IMG/VR virus record: IMGVR_UViG_3300021371_001301
Location: 1,675-65,674 of that record
Source: a virus
Reading direction: 5' to 3' (one strand)
DNA length: 64,000 bases
A program made the translations under genes and the position numbers. Position 1 is the stretch's first letter, and each line of letters starts with the position of its first letter. This document shows positions 41,440 to 51,512 of the stretch, in pieces. A model generated the notes under the pieces. It searched no databases and had not been told where the DNA came from. It worked only from the letters and a program-made list of their open reading frames with translations.

Positions 41440-42469
41440 AGAATCAGAAGTTCAAGACGGTATTTTACCACTGGAAATACATGAGTTACTGGACAGATAT
41501 GAACTGTTGTATCCAGACGTTACTGAACTGTCTGATTTACGCCGTGTAATAGTTGATCAGGATCTTAGTAGTGTTTTTAGAATTTCTGATGAAAATGATG
41601 AGTTACGCAAAGCAGTTATCGAAGAAAATCTACACAGCATTTTTAGAGTGTTGGAAAGTAAAAGTTATTATGAAGTTGATGACTTGTACAAATATATGGA
41701 AGATGTACGTAAAGCAGTTGTTAACAAAAATTTGCGCAGTCTTTTTAAATTACTTAACGCTGAAGATTTAAGAAAAATTTGCTTAGATAAAAATTATTGG
41801 AAACTTTGGCCTTTACTGGATCAATACACTAATACAAGATTCACTGAGGCATTTAAAAACTTTTATATAAACAACACAGTGATTGATACTGATTGCTTTA
41901 GCCGTGGACAAATACAAAGTAAACAGTGGCTAGTAGAAGAGTTAGCAAAGGTAGGTAAACCACTTGGTACAGTGTTCTTGTGTGCAGGTTGGTATGCTAC
42001 ATTAGCTACAATGATGTTTGAAAATCAAGAACTTATTATCGGAAAAATTCGTAGTTTTGATATTAATCCAGATGTGGTGGATATTGCAAAGACATTTAAT
42101 AAACCATGGTTAATGCAGGACTGGAGATTCCAAGCAAGCCAGGCTGATATACACGATATTGACTACTATGCACATGCTTACCAAGTACATCGTGCTGATG
42201 GCACCGCAGTTGATTTAGTAGATGAACCAAACACAATTATAAACACAAGTTGTGAACATATTGAAAACTTTAGTGATTGGTATGACAAAATACCTGAGGG
42301 TAAATTAGTTGTACTACAAAGTAATAATTTTGTTGATATTTCTGAACATGTTAACGTTGTAAAAAGTATCAGTGCATTTAAAAAGTCAGCCCCAATGGAA
42401 AATTTATTATATGAAGGCACACTTAAACTTCCCAAGTACAAAAGGTTCATGTTAATTGGATATAAGTAA
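41432..42469 (+). CDS. Helical N-terminal domain fused to a class I SAM methyltransferase-like domain
   Basis: VFLCAGWYA..IRSFDIN..QADI..IINTSCEH. N-terminal repeated ELRKAVIEENL/DVRKAVVNKNL. Start moved to ATG 41432. Confidence 0.55.
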   Translation: MTEESEVQDGILPLEIHELLDRYELLYPDVTELSDLRRVIVDQDLSSVFRISDENDELRKAVIEENLHSIFRVLESKSYYEVDDLYKYMEDVRKAVVNKNLRSLFKLLNAEDLRKICLDKNYWKLWPLLDQYTNTRFTEAFKNFYINNTVIDTDCFSRGQIQSKQWLVEELAKVGKPLGTVFLCAGWYATLATMMFENQELIIGKIRSFDINPDVVDIAKTFNKPWLMQDWRFQASQADIHDIDYYAHAYQVHRADGTAVDLVDEPNTIINTSCEHIENFSDWYDKIPEGKLVVLQSNNFVDISEHVNVVKSISAFKKSAPMENLLYEGTLKLPKYKRFMLIGYK

Positions 42470-42680
42470 GTTAACACTTAGGGAATTACAAATGGAATCT
42501 GCACGGGCACTAAGTACTATGCAGGCTACCAATAATAACATCTATAAATTTAATAAACTAGCACATCATGATAGTCAAAAATGGTATCGTGCAGTAATTG
42601 AATGGTACATTGATGAGTATGGAGATTTGCCTAGTAAGTATGGCCCAGGAAAAGATGTAAAGTTAATATTAGATGTATAG
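42456..42680 (+). CDS. Small conserved hypothetical protein (74 aa)
   Basis: Coupled by overlaps to both neighbours, with plausible composition. Confidence 0.65.
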   Translation: MDISKLTLRELQMESARALSTMQATNNNIYKFNKLAHHDSQKWYRAVIEWYIDEYGDLPSKYGPGKDVKLILDV

Positions 42681-43755
42681 TTACCAAGATATAACACAAG
42701 TACACTTAGAAATAACACAGCGTTGCCAAGCAGCATGTCCTATGTGTGACCGTAATGAAAATGGTGGTCCAGATAACCGTCATATTAATAATGCTGAGTT
42801 AAGTTTTGAAGATTGTAAACGTATTTTTACACCTATGTTTATTAAAAATTTACATAGTATGTATATGTGTGGCAACTTGGGTGATCCCATCGTTGCACAT
42901 GATACTCTAGAAGTATTCAAGTACTTTAGAGAACATAATCCTAAAATGTGGTTAAGCATGAATACAAATGCAGGAGCAAAAAGTGTTGAATGGTGGAAAG
43001 AACTTGCCCAAGTCTTTGGTAGAATGGGTACTGTTATTTTTAGTGTTGATGGTCTAAGTGACACTAATCATTTATACAGGCAGGGTGTTGTCTGGAACAA
43101 TGTAGAACGCAACATGCGAGCATTTATAGATGCTGGTGGTAGAGCACGTTGGGACTTTCTTATTTTTGGACATAACGAACACCAAGTAGACGAAGCAGAA
43201 AAATTAGCGAAAGAATGGGGCTGTGAAAGGTTCCAACTTAAAAAAAGTGCACGGTTCTTTACCTCAAGTGCAAAAGCAAAAGACAAACATCAAGCACATA
43301 ATCGAAAAGGGCAAGAAACACAGTTATTGGAAAAACCTAAAAAATTAGACAATCAAAACTTAGCACTGTTAAAGCAAAAAGAAATAGAAAAAACTTACGG
43401 TAGTATGAAAGACTATTATGACAGTTGTACTATTGATTGCAAAGCCATAAAAAGTAGTGAAGTTTTCATTACAGCAGAAGGATTACTAATGCCTTGTTGT
43501 TGGACAGGTGGACGTATGTATAAATGGTGGCACAAAGATTATAAAGTAGAGCAAATATGGGATCACATTGATGCGGCTGGAGGTAAAGAAGCATTAGATA
43601 CTCGTAAACACGGATTACGAAGTGTAATGAGTAGTGGAATACTACAAAGCATTCAGGACAGTTGGAATAAGTCAAGCATTGCTGACGGAAAGTTAGGTGT
43701 ATGTGCTATGAAATGTGGAACTGAATTTGATCCTTTTGCGGAGCAATTTAAATGA
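42673..43755 (+). CDS. Radical SAM protein with C-terminal SPASM/twitch domain (#9)
   Basis: CQAACPMC, GNLGDP, FSVDG. C-terminal C..EVFITAEGLLMPCCW..CAMKC. Confidence 0.9.
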   Translation: MYSYQDITQVHLEITQRCQAACPMCDRNENGGPDNRHINNAELSFEDCKRIFTPMFIKNLHSMYMCGNLGDPIVAHDTLEVFKYFREHNPKMWLSMNTNAGAKSVEWWKELAQVFGRMGTVIFSVDGLSDTNHLYRQGVVWNNVERNMRAFIDAGGRARWDFLIFGHNEHQVDEAEKLAKEWGCERFQLKKSARFFTSSAKAKDKHQAHNRKGQETQLLEKPKKLDNQNLALLKQKEIEKTYGSMKDYYDSCTIDCKAIKSSEVFITAEGLLMPCCWTGGRMYKWWHKDYKVEQIWDHIDAAGGKEALDTRKHGLRSVMSSGILQSIQDSWNKSSIADGKLGVCAMKCGTEFDPFAEQFK

Positions 43756-44582
43756 TAAAAACAACAAAATATTCAACACCATATGGGTCAGCGCATTTTT
43801 GTAATAATGCTATACATAATTCTATTGCACTAAGTGGTGGATTTGATAGTGCAGTTGCATTGTATTATCTAGCAAAAACATTAAGTGAAAACAATATAAA
43901 TGCAACAATCTATCCTTTCACAGTACAACGGGGAAATCCAACACCTGAACGTAAATTAAATCGTGTGAGTATTGTTCCATATGTACGCCGTATAATTAAA
44001 TATACAAGAAACTTATTTCCTAATATTACAATAAAAAATCCATTGGTTGAAATGGCAAATTATCACTGGGTTGCGTATAATGTTAACGGAGCAAATATAG
44101 GATCATATACAACAGCACAACAAACCCTTACAAACTTTATTGAATGGCGGCATAGAACCCGTATTGCCCAGCCTCATTATACCAGAAAACAAAATCAACT
44201 AATAGTGTATAATGGCGTAACAAGAAATCCTCCAAAAGGTTGTATCGAAGATAGTGAAGAAGAACATCGTGATCATTTGCATCCTGAACCATTAAAAAAG
44301 AATTCTGCAACAGTACATAACCATGAAGTATTAACATTTGGAAAACTAGATTATGATTATCATTCATTACAGGTTTGGAGAAATAGTGATAAACGTATTG
44401 TGTTTTGGTTAGCTAAAGAAGCAGGGATACTTGATGACATGTTACATTTGACTCGTAGTTGTGAAGGCGGCCCAGATGAAACTCACGACTTTACAAAGGT
44501 ATGTGGCGAGTGTTGGTGGTGTTTAGAGAGAGATTGGGCACATGAAAATTATATGAATTTGGATATTAAACATGAAGAGTGA
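43752..44582 (+). CDS. QueC-like PP-loop ATPase (adenine nucleotide alpha-hydrolase)
   Basis: IALSGGFDSA and C-terminal TRSCE..CGECWWCLER Zn motif. Confidence 0.7.
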   Translation: MIKTTKYSTPYGSAHFCNNAIHNSIALSGGFDSAVALYYLAKTLSENNINATIYPFTVQRGNPTPERKLNRVSIVPYVRRIIKYTRNLFPNITIKNPLVEMANYHWVAYNVNGANIGSYTTAQQTLTNFIEWRHRTRIAQPHYTRKQNQLIVYNGVTRNPPKGCIEDSEEEHRDHLHPEPLKKNSATVHNHEVLTFGKLDYDYHSLQVWRNSDKRIVFWLAKEAGILDDMLHLTRSCEGGPDETHDFTKVCGECWWCLERDWAHENYMNLDIKHEE

Positions 44583-45966
44583 AACATTTTGTATCTTACC
44601 GTGGGTACACCTAAGTACAAGACCAGATGGAAGTATGCGAGTATGTTGTACTGCAAATGCTAGCAGTGTTGGACCTACTAATGACAAAGAACATGGTGGC
44701 ATGGTGGGCGTACTCAAAGACGATGAAGGACGGCCAAACAACTTAAACGTTACTGATTTTCAAAGTGCTTGGAATAGTAAGTACATGAAAAATGTACGTA
44801 AACAAATGATGAATGGTGAAAAGCCTCCAAGTTGTTTAAAGTGTTATAAAGAAGAAGAGTCAGGACATCGCAGTAAACGCCAATGGGAAACGGCATATTG
44901 GAGTCAACGTACAGATGTAGATCAACTTATGGCTGATACACAAGAAGATGGAAGTGTTCCGCCACAATTAGCATACATTGACTTACGCTTCGGCACCAAG
45001 TGTCAGCTAGCTTGTGTTATGTGTAGTCCACATGACAGTAGTGGTTGGATCAAAGACTGGAGTGCAATACATCCGCAAATACAAAACAAGAGTCTTAAAA
45101 GTAATACCCAGTGGAGTGACAAAGGCAGTATTAATGGCAGCAGTTACAACTGGCACAAGAACAATCCACTATTTTGGGAGCAATTTAATGAACAAATACC
45201 CAACATGAAACAACTGTATTTTGCAGGTGGGGAAAGTTTAATTATTGAAGAACATTATGAAATACTTGAAGAAGCAATCCGTCAAGGTCATGCAAAGAAT
45301 TTAGAACTTCGTTATAACTCAAATGGAGTTGAATGGCGAGAGGATCTATTTGACCTATGGCGAGAGTTCAAACTTGTAAGGTTTCATTACAGTGTAGACA
45401 GTATACACGATATGAATGATTACATACGTTACCCCAGTGAATGGAAACGTACAGAAGAAGTGTTCCACATACTTGACAAAGAAACAAGCGATAATGTAGA
45501 AATAACAGTTGCTTGTGCTGTACAGGCACTCAATGTATATTACTTGCCAGACTTTATCAAGTGGAAACTAGAACAAAACTTCCACAAAATTAATATGTGG
45601 CCGTTTGGCGCTGGCGGTATTAACTACCACTTTGTTTATCATCCAGCACACTTAAATGTTAAAGTACTGCCAGACTGGTTTAAAGCTGAGTGTCGTAAAA
45701 AATACGAGGAGTTTTATCCTTGGTGGGAAGCAAACTGGGAAAAAAGTATCCCAAGTTGGCACAAAGGTAAAATTACATATCAAGAATGGCGGGATGCTGA
45801 ATATGGTATTAAAAGATTGGAAGGCATGTTAACATTTATGGAAAGCGAAGACTGGAGTGTGCGATTACCAGAGACGCAAGAGTTTTTGGCATTGTGTGAC
45901 AGACAACGGAACAATAGTTTTAGTGCAACATTCCCAGAAATGAAAGGAATATTTGATGGTAGATAA
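44572..45966 (+). CDS. Radical SAM protein with N-terminal twitch domain (#10)
   Basis: CILPW..DGSMRVCC..CLKC, CQLACVMC, FAGGE. Confidence 0.9.
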   Translation: MKSETFCILPWVHLSTRPDGSMRVCCTANASSVGPTNDKEHGGMVGVLKDDEGRPNNLNVTDFQSAWNSKYMKNVRKQMMNGEKPPSCLKCYKEEESGHRSKRQWETAYWSQRTDVDQLMADTQEDGSVPPQLAYIDLRFGTKCQLACVMCSPHDSSGWIKDWSAIHPQIQNKSLKSNTQWSDKGSINGSSYNWHKNNPLFWEQFNEQIPNMKQLYFAGGESLIIEEHYEILEEAIRQGHAKNLELRYNSNGVEWREDLFDLWREFKLVRFHYSVDSIHDMNDYIRYPSEWKRTEEVFHILDKETSDNVEITVACAVQALNVYYLPDFIKWKLEQNFHKINMWPFGAGGINYHFVYHPAHLNVKVLPDWFKAECRKKYEEFYPWWEANWEKSIPSWHKGKITYQEWRDAEYGIKRLEGMLTFMESEDWSVRLPETQEFLALCDRQRNNSFSATFPEMKGIFDGR

Positions 45967-47338
45967 CCCTAAACAAAGCGATTGTAGTACGTTCTGTCCG
46001 TTGCCTTGGAATAGTATTAATATTCGCAACAATGGAGATATAAGAATTTGTTGTAATGCTAACAGCTATACAGCAAACCGTGGCATAGTTAGACATGATG
46101 ATGGCACACCATATAACGCTAGTAGAGACAATTTACAAGACAGTCGTAACAGCGAACTAAGTCGTGATGTCCGAGCTACTATGTTACGTGGAGAATGGCA
46201 TCCAGAATGTGAACGTTGTAGGCAAGAAGAAAAGAACGGTGTACTAAGTCGTAGACAAATGGAATACAATGACTGGGACTTAACGCCTGAAACAGCAGAA
46301 GAGCTTACACAAGAAGATGGTACTATCAATACTGAAGACTTTAATTTAGAGTTTTTTGACATTCGTTATGGCAACTTTTGTAACTTAAAATGTAGAATGT
46401 GTGGACCGACAGATAGTCATACTTGGTTTGATGACTTTGTCAAGCTCAATGGACAGACCCATTATAAAGACACACACGAGCGTATTCAGTTAACTAAAAA
46501 TGCCAAAGGGCGTTGGGAAACAGATCAATATGATTGGTTTAAGGGCAGTAATATGTACTGGACCAACTTTGAAGAATATACAAAGGATGCTAAAAAACTT
46601 TATATTGTAGGCGGTGAACCACTTATCATTGAAGAACATGTTGACAGTTTAGAAAGACTTATACATAATGGCAGTGCAGCTAATATGCAGATTGAATACA
46701 ACACAAACTTGACCAATGTGACACCACGCATGTTGGATTTATGGAAAAACTTTAAAGAGATTCGTATTGGCGCAAGTATTGATGCATGTAATAAAATCTT
46801 CGATTACCAACGTGCACCAGCTAAGTGGGAACACGTATATGAAAACTTAAAAAAGATTGAAGCAAATGACGACATTAACTTCAAGTGCTGGTATGCATTT
46901 ACTATTACACCACTAAATGTTTTCCACTTCCCAGAATTTATGCGTTGGAAAGTAGAAGATAGTGGGCTTACAAAATTTAATCCTGTACACAGTTGGCGTC
47001 CAATTGTTAGTTTCCACATGTGTCATAGTCCCAAGTATTATAATATCAAAGTATTGCCAGATGACATTAAACAAGAAATCAGTAGGCAGTATGCGGAATG
47101 GCGTACTTGGATGATTAACAGCGATAATATCGACAATGTAAAAAAACATTTTGTAAAACATCTTGACAGCGTAGAAAAATTTATGCTAAGTGAAAGCTAT
47201 AGTGATGGTGAATGTTGGAGTGGAAGAACTTGGTTAGAGGAGTTTGTTCAAGTTACTCGTGGACTAGATGAGATTCGTGATCAAAATATACTAGATATTG
47301 TTCCTGAATACAAGAGCTTGTTTGATGAGAATAACTAA
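45953..47338 (+). CDS. Radical SAM protein with N-terminal twitch domain (#11)
   Basis: CPLPW..NGDIRICC..CERC, CNLKCRMC, VGGEP. Confidence 0.9.
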   Translation: MMVDNPKQSDCSTFCPLPWNSINIRNNGDIRICCNANSYTANRGIVRHDDGTPYNASRDNLQDSRNSELSRDVRATMLRGEWHPECERCRQEEKNGVLSRRQMEYNDWDLTPETAEELTQEDGTINTEDFNLEFFDIRYGNFCNLKCRMCGPTDSHTWFDDFVKLNGQTHYKDTHERIQLTKNAKGRWETDQYDWFKGSNMYWTNFEEYTKDAKKLYIVGGEPLIIEEHVDSLERLIHNGSAANMQIEYNTNLTNVTPRMLDLWKNFKEIRIGASIDACNKIFDYQRAPAKWEHVYENLKKIEANDDINFKCWYAFTITPLNVFHFPEFMRWKVEDSGLTKFNPVHSWRPIVSFHMCHSPKYYNIKVLPDDIKQEISRQYAEWRTWMINSDNIDNVKKHFVKHLDSVEKFMLSESYSDGECWSGRTWLEEFVQVTRGLDEIRDQNILDIVPEYKSLFDENN

Positions 47339-48218
47339 TGAGAACTTAGACTGTGCTGTAGTTACACTGTTTATCCACAATGTATGCAACTACAATTGTA
47401 GTTATTGCAGTGACTTTCACAGAGATGGTAGCAATCGTTGGCCTGAGGACTGGCAGCCTTACTTAGACTTTTTAGAGCGTGTAAAGCAAACCAACAAATA
47501 CTTGTATGTAGAAGTGCTTGGTGGCGAGCCCACAGTGTGGCCTAAGTTTCAGGAGTTTGTTGACACCATCAGTGACGATAGAACATTTGTGGAGTTTGGC
47601 ACCAATGCAAGTCGTACATTGCGTTATTGGGAAAGTTTTAAGACTCGCAATGCATTTGTATTTTTAAGTTGGCATTACGAAGAAGCAGACGATGATCACT
47701 TTTTTCAGGTAGCCGAAATTATGCAAGACAAGGCAAGCGTTAGTATACCACTTATGATTGTTCCGGATAACTTCGAACGTGCTAAAGCATTATACGAAAG
47801 ATTAAAGACACTACGAGTAGAAATAACACCAAAGTTTACTCGTACTAGCATACACGGTCATAGTTATTTTGACTATACAGATGAACAACGTGAATGGATA
47901 CAAAGCAACTATTTCCATCGGATGCGTGACTTTGGTATTGATTGGGAAATACCACGCAACCTGCATTTTGATGGAGAGAAAGTAAAGTTCATGACAGTGC
48001 TTGACCGTGAAATGCACCGGTTCGAAGGCTATACTTGTACAGCAGGCCTTAAACGTTTTATGGTAGATCCCAATGGCGACATCAAACGTTGTACTAAAAG
48101 AGTAGGCGGCGTTATTGGAAATATATTTGAGGACTATGAACTGCCTGTTAGCCCTATAGTTTGTAACTATACAGCATGTCCTTGTAAACTAGATGCGATT
48201 GTAGAAAAATGGAAATGA
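47325..48218 (+). CDS. Radical SAM protein with C-terminal SPASM-like domain (#12)
   Basis: CNYNCSYC, LGGEP. C-terminal CTAG..VDPNGDIKRC..CNYTACPC. Start moved to ATG 47325. Confidence 0.88.
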   Translation: MRITNENLDCAVVTLFIHNVCNYNCSYCSDFHRDGSNRWPEDWQPYLDFLERVKQTNKYLYVEVLGGEPTVWPKFQEFVDTISDDRTFVEFGTNASRTLRYWESFKTRNAFVFLSWHYEEADDDHFFQVAEIMQDKASVSIPLMIVPDNFERAKALYERLKTLRVEITPKFTRTSIHGHSYFDYTDEQREWIQSNYFHRMRDFGIDWEIPRNLHFDGEKVKFMTVLDREMHRFEGYTCTAGLKRFMVDPNGDIKRCTKRVGGVIGNIFEDYELPVSPIVCNYTACPCKLDAIVEKWK

Positions 48219-48826
48219 CTCCTTTTATACCAGTCGGTGCAATAGACGTTGATGACGGTATAACGTATAATCTAAACAAATATTGTTATCGTAGTCGGCA
48301 ATCTGACCCGATTGCGGACGGTAATTATGGTATTGCGATGGGATGCAGTGTAACATTTGGTCAAAGTATTCACGAAAGGCATCGCTTCAGCAATTTAATT
48401 GAACACGAACTTGGTAAACCAATAATAAATCTAGGGATACCTGGCGCTGGTGTTTTGCCTTATTACCTAAATTTATGTCAGCTAATATGCAGTGGCAGTG
48501 CATATCCAGAATTTATTATTGCACAGAAGTCTTGGATGTCAACCAGACTGACATTGCTCGCTCCTGACTGTCCAATTGTAATTACTCCACGATCCTCTAT
48601 TTTTGAGACCTTGGTCAAGTCATATAATCTTCCCACAATCAACGGATACTATTTCACACAGGTAAAAAACATATGCAATCGACACAGTATTAAGTTTATT
48701 GAATGGGACCCTGGGCTACAATATTGTGATCATGGCGTTGATTTGGAACACCCTGGGATAAAACAGAACGAAAAATGGGCGGATGAATTTATTGACACTA
48801 TTGGCAAGAGAGAATATAATGATTGA
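48209..48826 (+). CDS. SGNH/GDSL hydrolase-like protein
   Basis: AMGCSVTFG..INLGIPGAG and C-terminal DLEHPG. Confidence 0.65.
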   Translation: MEMTPFIPVGAIDVDDGITYNLNKYCYRSRQSDPIADGNYGIAMGCSVTFGQSIHERHRFSNLIEHELGKPIINLGIPGAGVLPYYLNLCQLICSGSAYPEFIIAQKSWMSTRLTLLAPDCPIVITPRSSIFETLVKSYNLPTINGYYFTQVKNICNRHSIKFIEWDPGLQYCDHGVDLEHPGIKQNEKWADEFIDTIGKREYND

Positions 48827-49748
48827 ACAGTATGAAGACATAACTTTTGACATGCTGGGTACAAGACGCCAGCGTCCAATGTACTTGAGTAAATTTACTA
48901 AGTTTAGACAGAATTTGGATATGCGTACATACCCAAAAGATCCACATGCGTACACACAAACCTTTTTAACAGAAATTGATCGTTGGATTAACGAACACAC
49001 TAGAGTAAGATACACAGGTTTGGAAACATTTGGTAGACGTGATGCCATACATGGCACAACACACCAATTAGATGAACTACATCAACTGTACGGACTTAGC
49101 ATAAGTGTAATGAAGGGCGAGTACAAATATCACAGACGTCTAACTGATTTTAAAGTATCGCAAATAGACCACTACAGTCAACTACAAACTGGAGACGTTT
49201 TTATTGTAAGTTATCCTAGTTGCATTACAACCGGGTTGCACGACGATTTTGATAAACTGTTGGACCATTGTGCGGAGCACGATATTCCTGTACATATTGA
49301 CGGAGCATGGTTTGGACAATGTCGTAACTTTGAACTAGATGTTACACACCCTGCTATTAAAAGTGTAAGCGTTAGTTTAAGCAAAGCACTGGGCATGGGT
49401 AGTCAGCGTATTGGTATACGTTATACTCGTGAAAAGACTCCTGGACCAATTAGTATTATGAATGACTTTAACTATGCTAATGTAAGTGATATGTGGCTGG
49501 GTGTTGAAGCAATGCGACACTTTGGAGTTGATTATTGGTGGAGTAACTATGAAGATTTATACACTCGTGTTTGTGCTGACTTTGGATTAACTGAGAGTAA
49601 TAGTATACATGTTGGCTGGATTACCGATGACAACGGAACTCATCAGTTTGGTGTACGTACACCATTACGTTACTTGATAGAAGGTATATTTGACGAGCGT
49701 GGAACAGATAAAGGATTGAATGCAATTGAGCGAGCTGAAAGAAAATAG
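48819..49748 (+). CDS. PLP-dependent transferase (fold type I)-like protein
   Basis: IPVHIDGAW..SVSLSKALG..RIG (PLP Asp and Schiff-base Lys). Start moved to ATG 48819. Confidence 0.7.
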   Translation: MIEQYEDITFDMLGTRRQRPMYLSKFTKFRQNLDMRTYPKDPHAYTQTFLTEIDRWINEHTRVRYTGLETFGRRDAIHGTTHQLDELHQLYGLSISVMKGEYKYHRRLTDFKVSQIDHYSQLQTGDVFIVSYPSCITTGLHDDFDKLLDHCAEHDIPVHIDGAWFGQCRNFELDVTHPAIKSVSVSLSKALGMGSQRIGIRYTREKTPGPISIMNDFNYANVSDMWLGVEAMRHFGVDYWWSNYEDLYTRVCADFGLTESNSIHVGWITDDNGTHQFGVRTPLRYLIEGIFDERGTDKGLNAIERAERK

Positions 49749-50436
49749 CTTTATATATGTAGGCCCAAGTTGGGCAGCAACTAGTTTTGGACATGAAGAG
49801 CCTACCAACTTGCTCGAGCAGTGGGAGTTGTCAGCAGTTAATTATAGCAAGCGTGGTAAGCGTAATTTAGATTTTATAAGAATACCAGATTACAATATTG
49901 ACAGACCATGTGTGTGGGTCTTTTGTGAGCCACTAGTAGAATTATTTAAAGGTGTGCGCAATCCTCAAGAAGGAGACAGAGATTATCCTGGCATCGCAAG
50001 TTACTTAGATGCCTTTGATCATAGATTGCATCACAGCAAACTTAAACGACAACAGCTTGAACAAATGAACAACTTGGGTGTACCAATAGGACTAATAGGA
50101 TCACACTGTGATGTTTATGAGTCAGATATCCAAGGTTTAGAAAATTTATCTATAATACATCCAAGTTGGCAACAGTGGATGAAAGATCAATGTCAGCTAA
50201 CAGACTTTACTTTAAACTTTGGTTGTGATATTGCTAATAATATGATTCAAGAAATTGGGTTTAACAATGTTCCTAATAAAGTACTAGTTGACGACATCTG
50301 GAACCAGTACGTGACTTGGAATGAACTGCAAGTACAAGGACTGTTTCACAAAACACATCCAAACAGAAAATCCAATATTGAGTTTGCTAAAGAAACACGA
50401 GACGCAGTTGTTGATTTTTTAAAGGCAGTTGCATGA
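49720..50436 (+). CDS. Divergent SGNH-like protein
   Basis: YVGPSWA..NYSKRGKRN and C-terminal THPN..N..FA, a degenerate version of the neighbouring SGNH pattern. Confidence 0.45.
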   Translation: MQLSELKENSFIYVGPSWAATSFGHEEPTNLLEQWELSAVNYSKRGKRNLDFIRIPDYNIDRPCVWVFCEPLVELFKGVRNPQEGDRDYPGIASYLDAFDHRLHHSKLKRQQLEQMNNLGVPIGLIGSHCDVYESDIQGLENLSIIHPSWQQWMKDQCQLTDFTLNFGCDIANNMIQEIGFNNVPNKVLVDDIWNQYVTWNELQVQGLFHKTHPNRKSNIEFAKETRDAVVDFLKAVA

Positions 50437-51512
50437 GTAAATTTCATTGTCAATTTATGTATAATAGTTTTTACTATAACAAAGGCAATGTAAGCATGTG
50501 TTGCTTGCAAAATAAGTTGTTACGAAAAACTGATTGGTCCGATGTTAATAACTTAGAAGAGTTTTACAAAAATTCAGAATTCCAAAAGATAAGGAGTACT
50601 TTACAGTCTAATATATATCCAACAGAATGTAATACATGCTGGGTAATGGAAAATCAAGGTACAGAAAGTATGCGGCAAAGCAATCCATACTTTATGGGAA
50701 TACAAGATCAAACACCACGTATTACACATGTTGATTTAAGATTAAGCAATAAGTGTAACTTGGCATGTCGCATGTGTTTTGCGGGAGATAGTGATCAAAT
50801 TGCAAAACTGGAAGGCATAGAAATTCAACCAAGCGACACTAGCAAAATTCTAGACTTGGTATTAGATTTACCAGATTTAAAAAATATAAGGTTTGCTGGC
50901 GGCGAGCCATTTGTTATGCCAGAAGTTATTGACTTTCTGAATAAACTTGTTAGTATAGAACGTACTGATATTGAGATAGAAATTATTACTAACTGTACTA
51001 GTATTAAATCCAGTTTAATAACAACACTAAACAAATTTAAAAAAGTTGTGATTATGGCCAGTATTGACGGTGTAGGTACTTGGTTTGAATTTCAAAGATA
51101 TCCTGCTCGTTGGAAATCAGTACGCCGTAATTTTGAACAGATATATAATAGTAACAGTATAGTCAAGATGGTTCCATGTATTGGCAGCATAAACTTATTG
51201 GGATTAAGTGAGTTTTTTATCTGGGCAAATCAATATCCTAATGCGCAAGTTACCTTTAATGAAATCATTGAGCCCGCTTACTTAAACTTTAGGTATGTAC
51301 CACTTGATAACCGAAAACGATTGTGGAGTGAATTTAAAGACATGACACTACGGAATGCTGTAACAGATTGGACAGTGTTTAAAGAAAAACTAATGTACGA
51401 GTATCTAGAGCCAGATGAGACAGTAAAACAACAGATTAAAGATCGTAATCATCTAGTATGGCATGCTAATGAAGAACAAATGAAAGAAGTATTTCCGTGG
51501 ATTTATACATAG
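50433..51512 (+). CDS. Radical SAM protein with N-terminal twitch domain (#13)
   Basis: HC..GNVSMCC..CNTCW, CNLACRMC, FAGGEP. Confidence 0.9.
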   Translation: MSKFHCQFMYNSFYYNKGNVSMCCLQNKLLRKTDWSDVNNLEEFYKNSEFQKIRSTLQSNIYPTECNTCWVMENQGTESMRQSNPYFMGIQDQTPRITHVDLRLSNKCNLACRMCFAGDSDQIAKLEGIEIQPSDTSKILDLVLDLPDLKNIRFAGGEPFVMPEVIDFLNKLVSIERTDIEIEIITNCTSIKSSLITTLNKFKKVVIMASIDGVGTWFEFQRYPARWKSVRRNFEQIYNSNSIVKMVPCIGSINLLGLSEFFIWANQYPNAQVTFNEIIEPAYLNFRYVPLDNRKRLWSEFKDMTLRNAVTDWTVFKEKLMYEYLEPDETVKQQIKDRNHLVWHANEEQMKEVFPWIYT

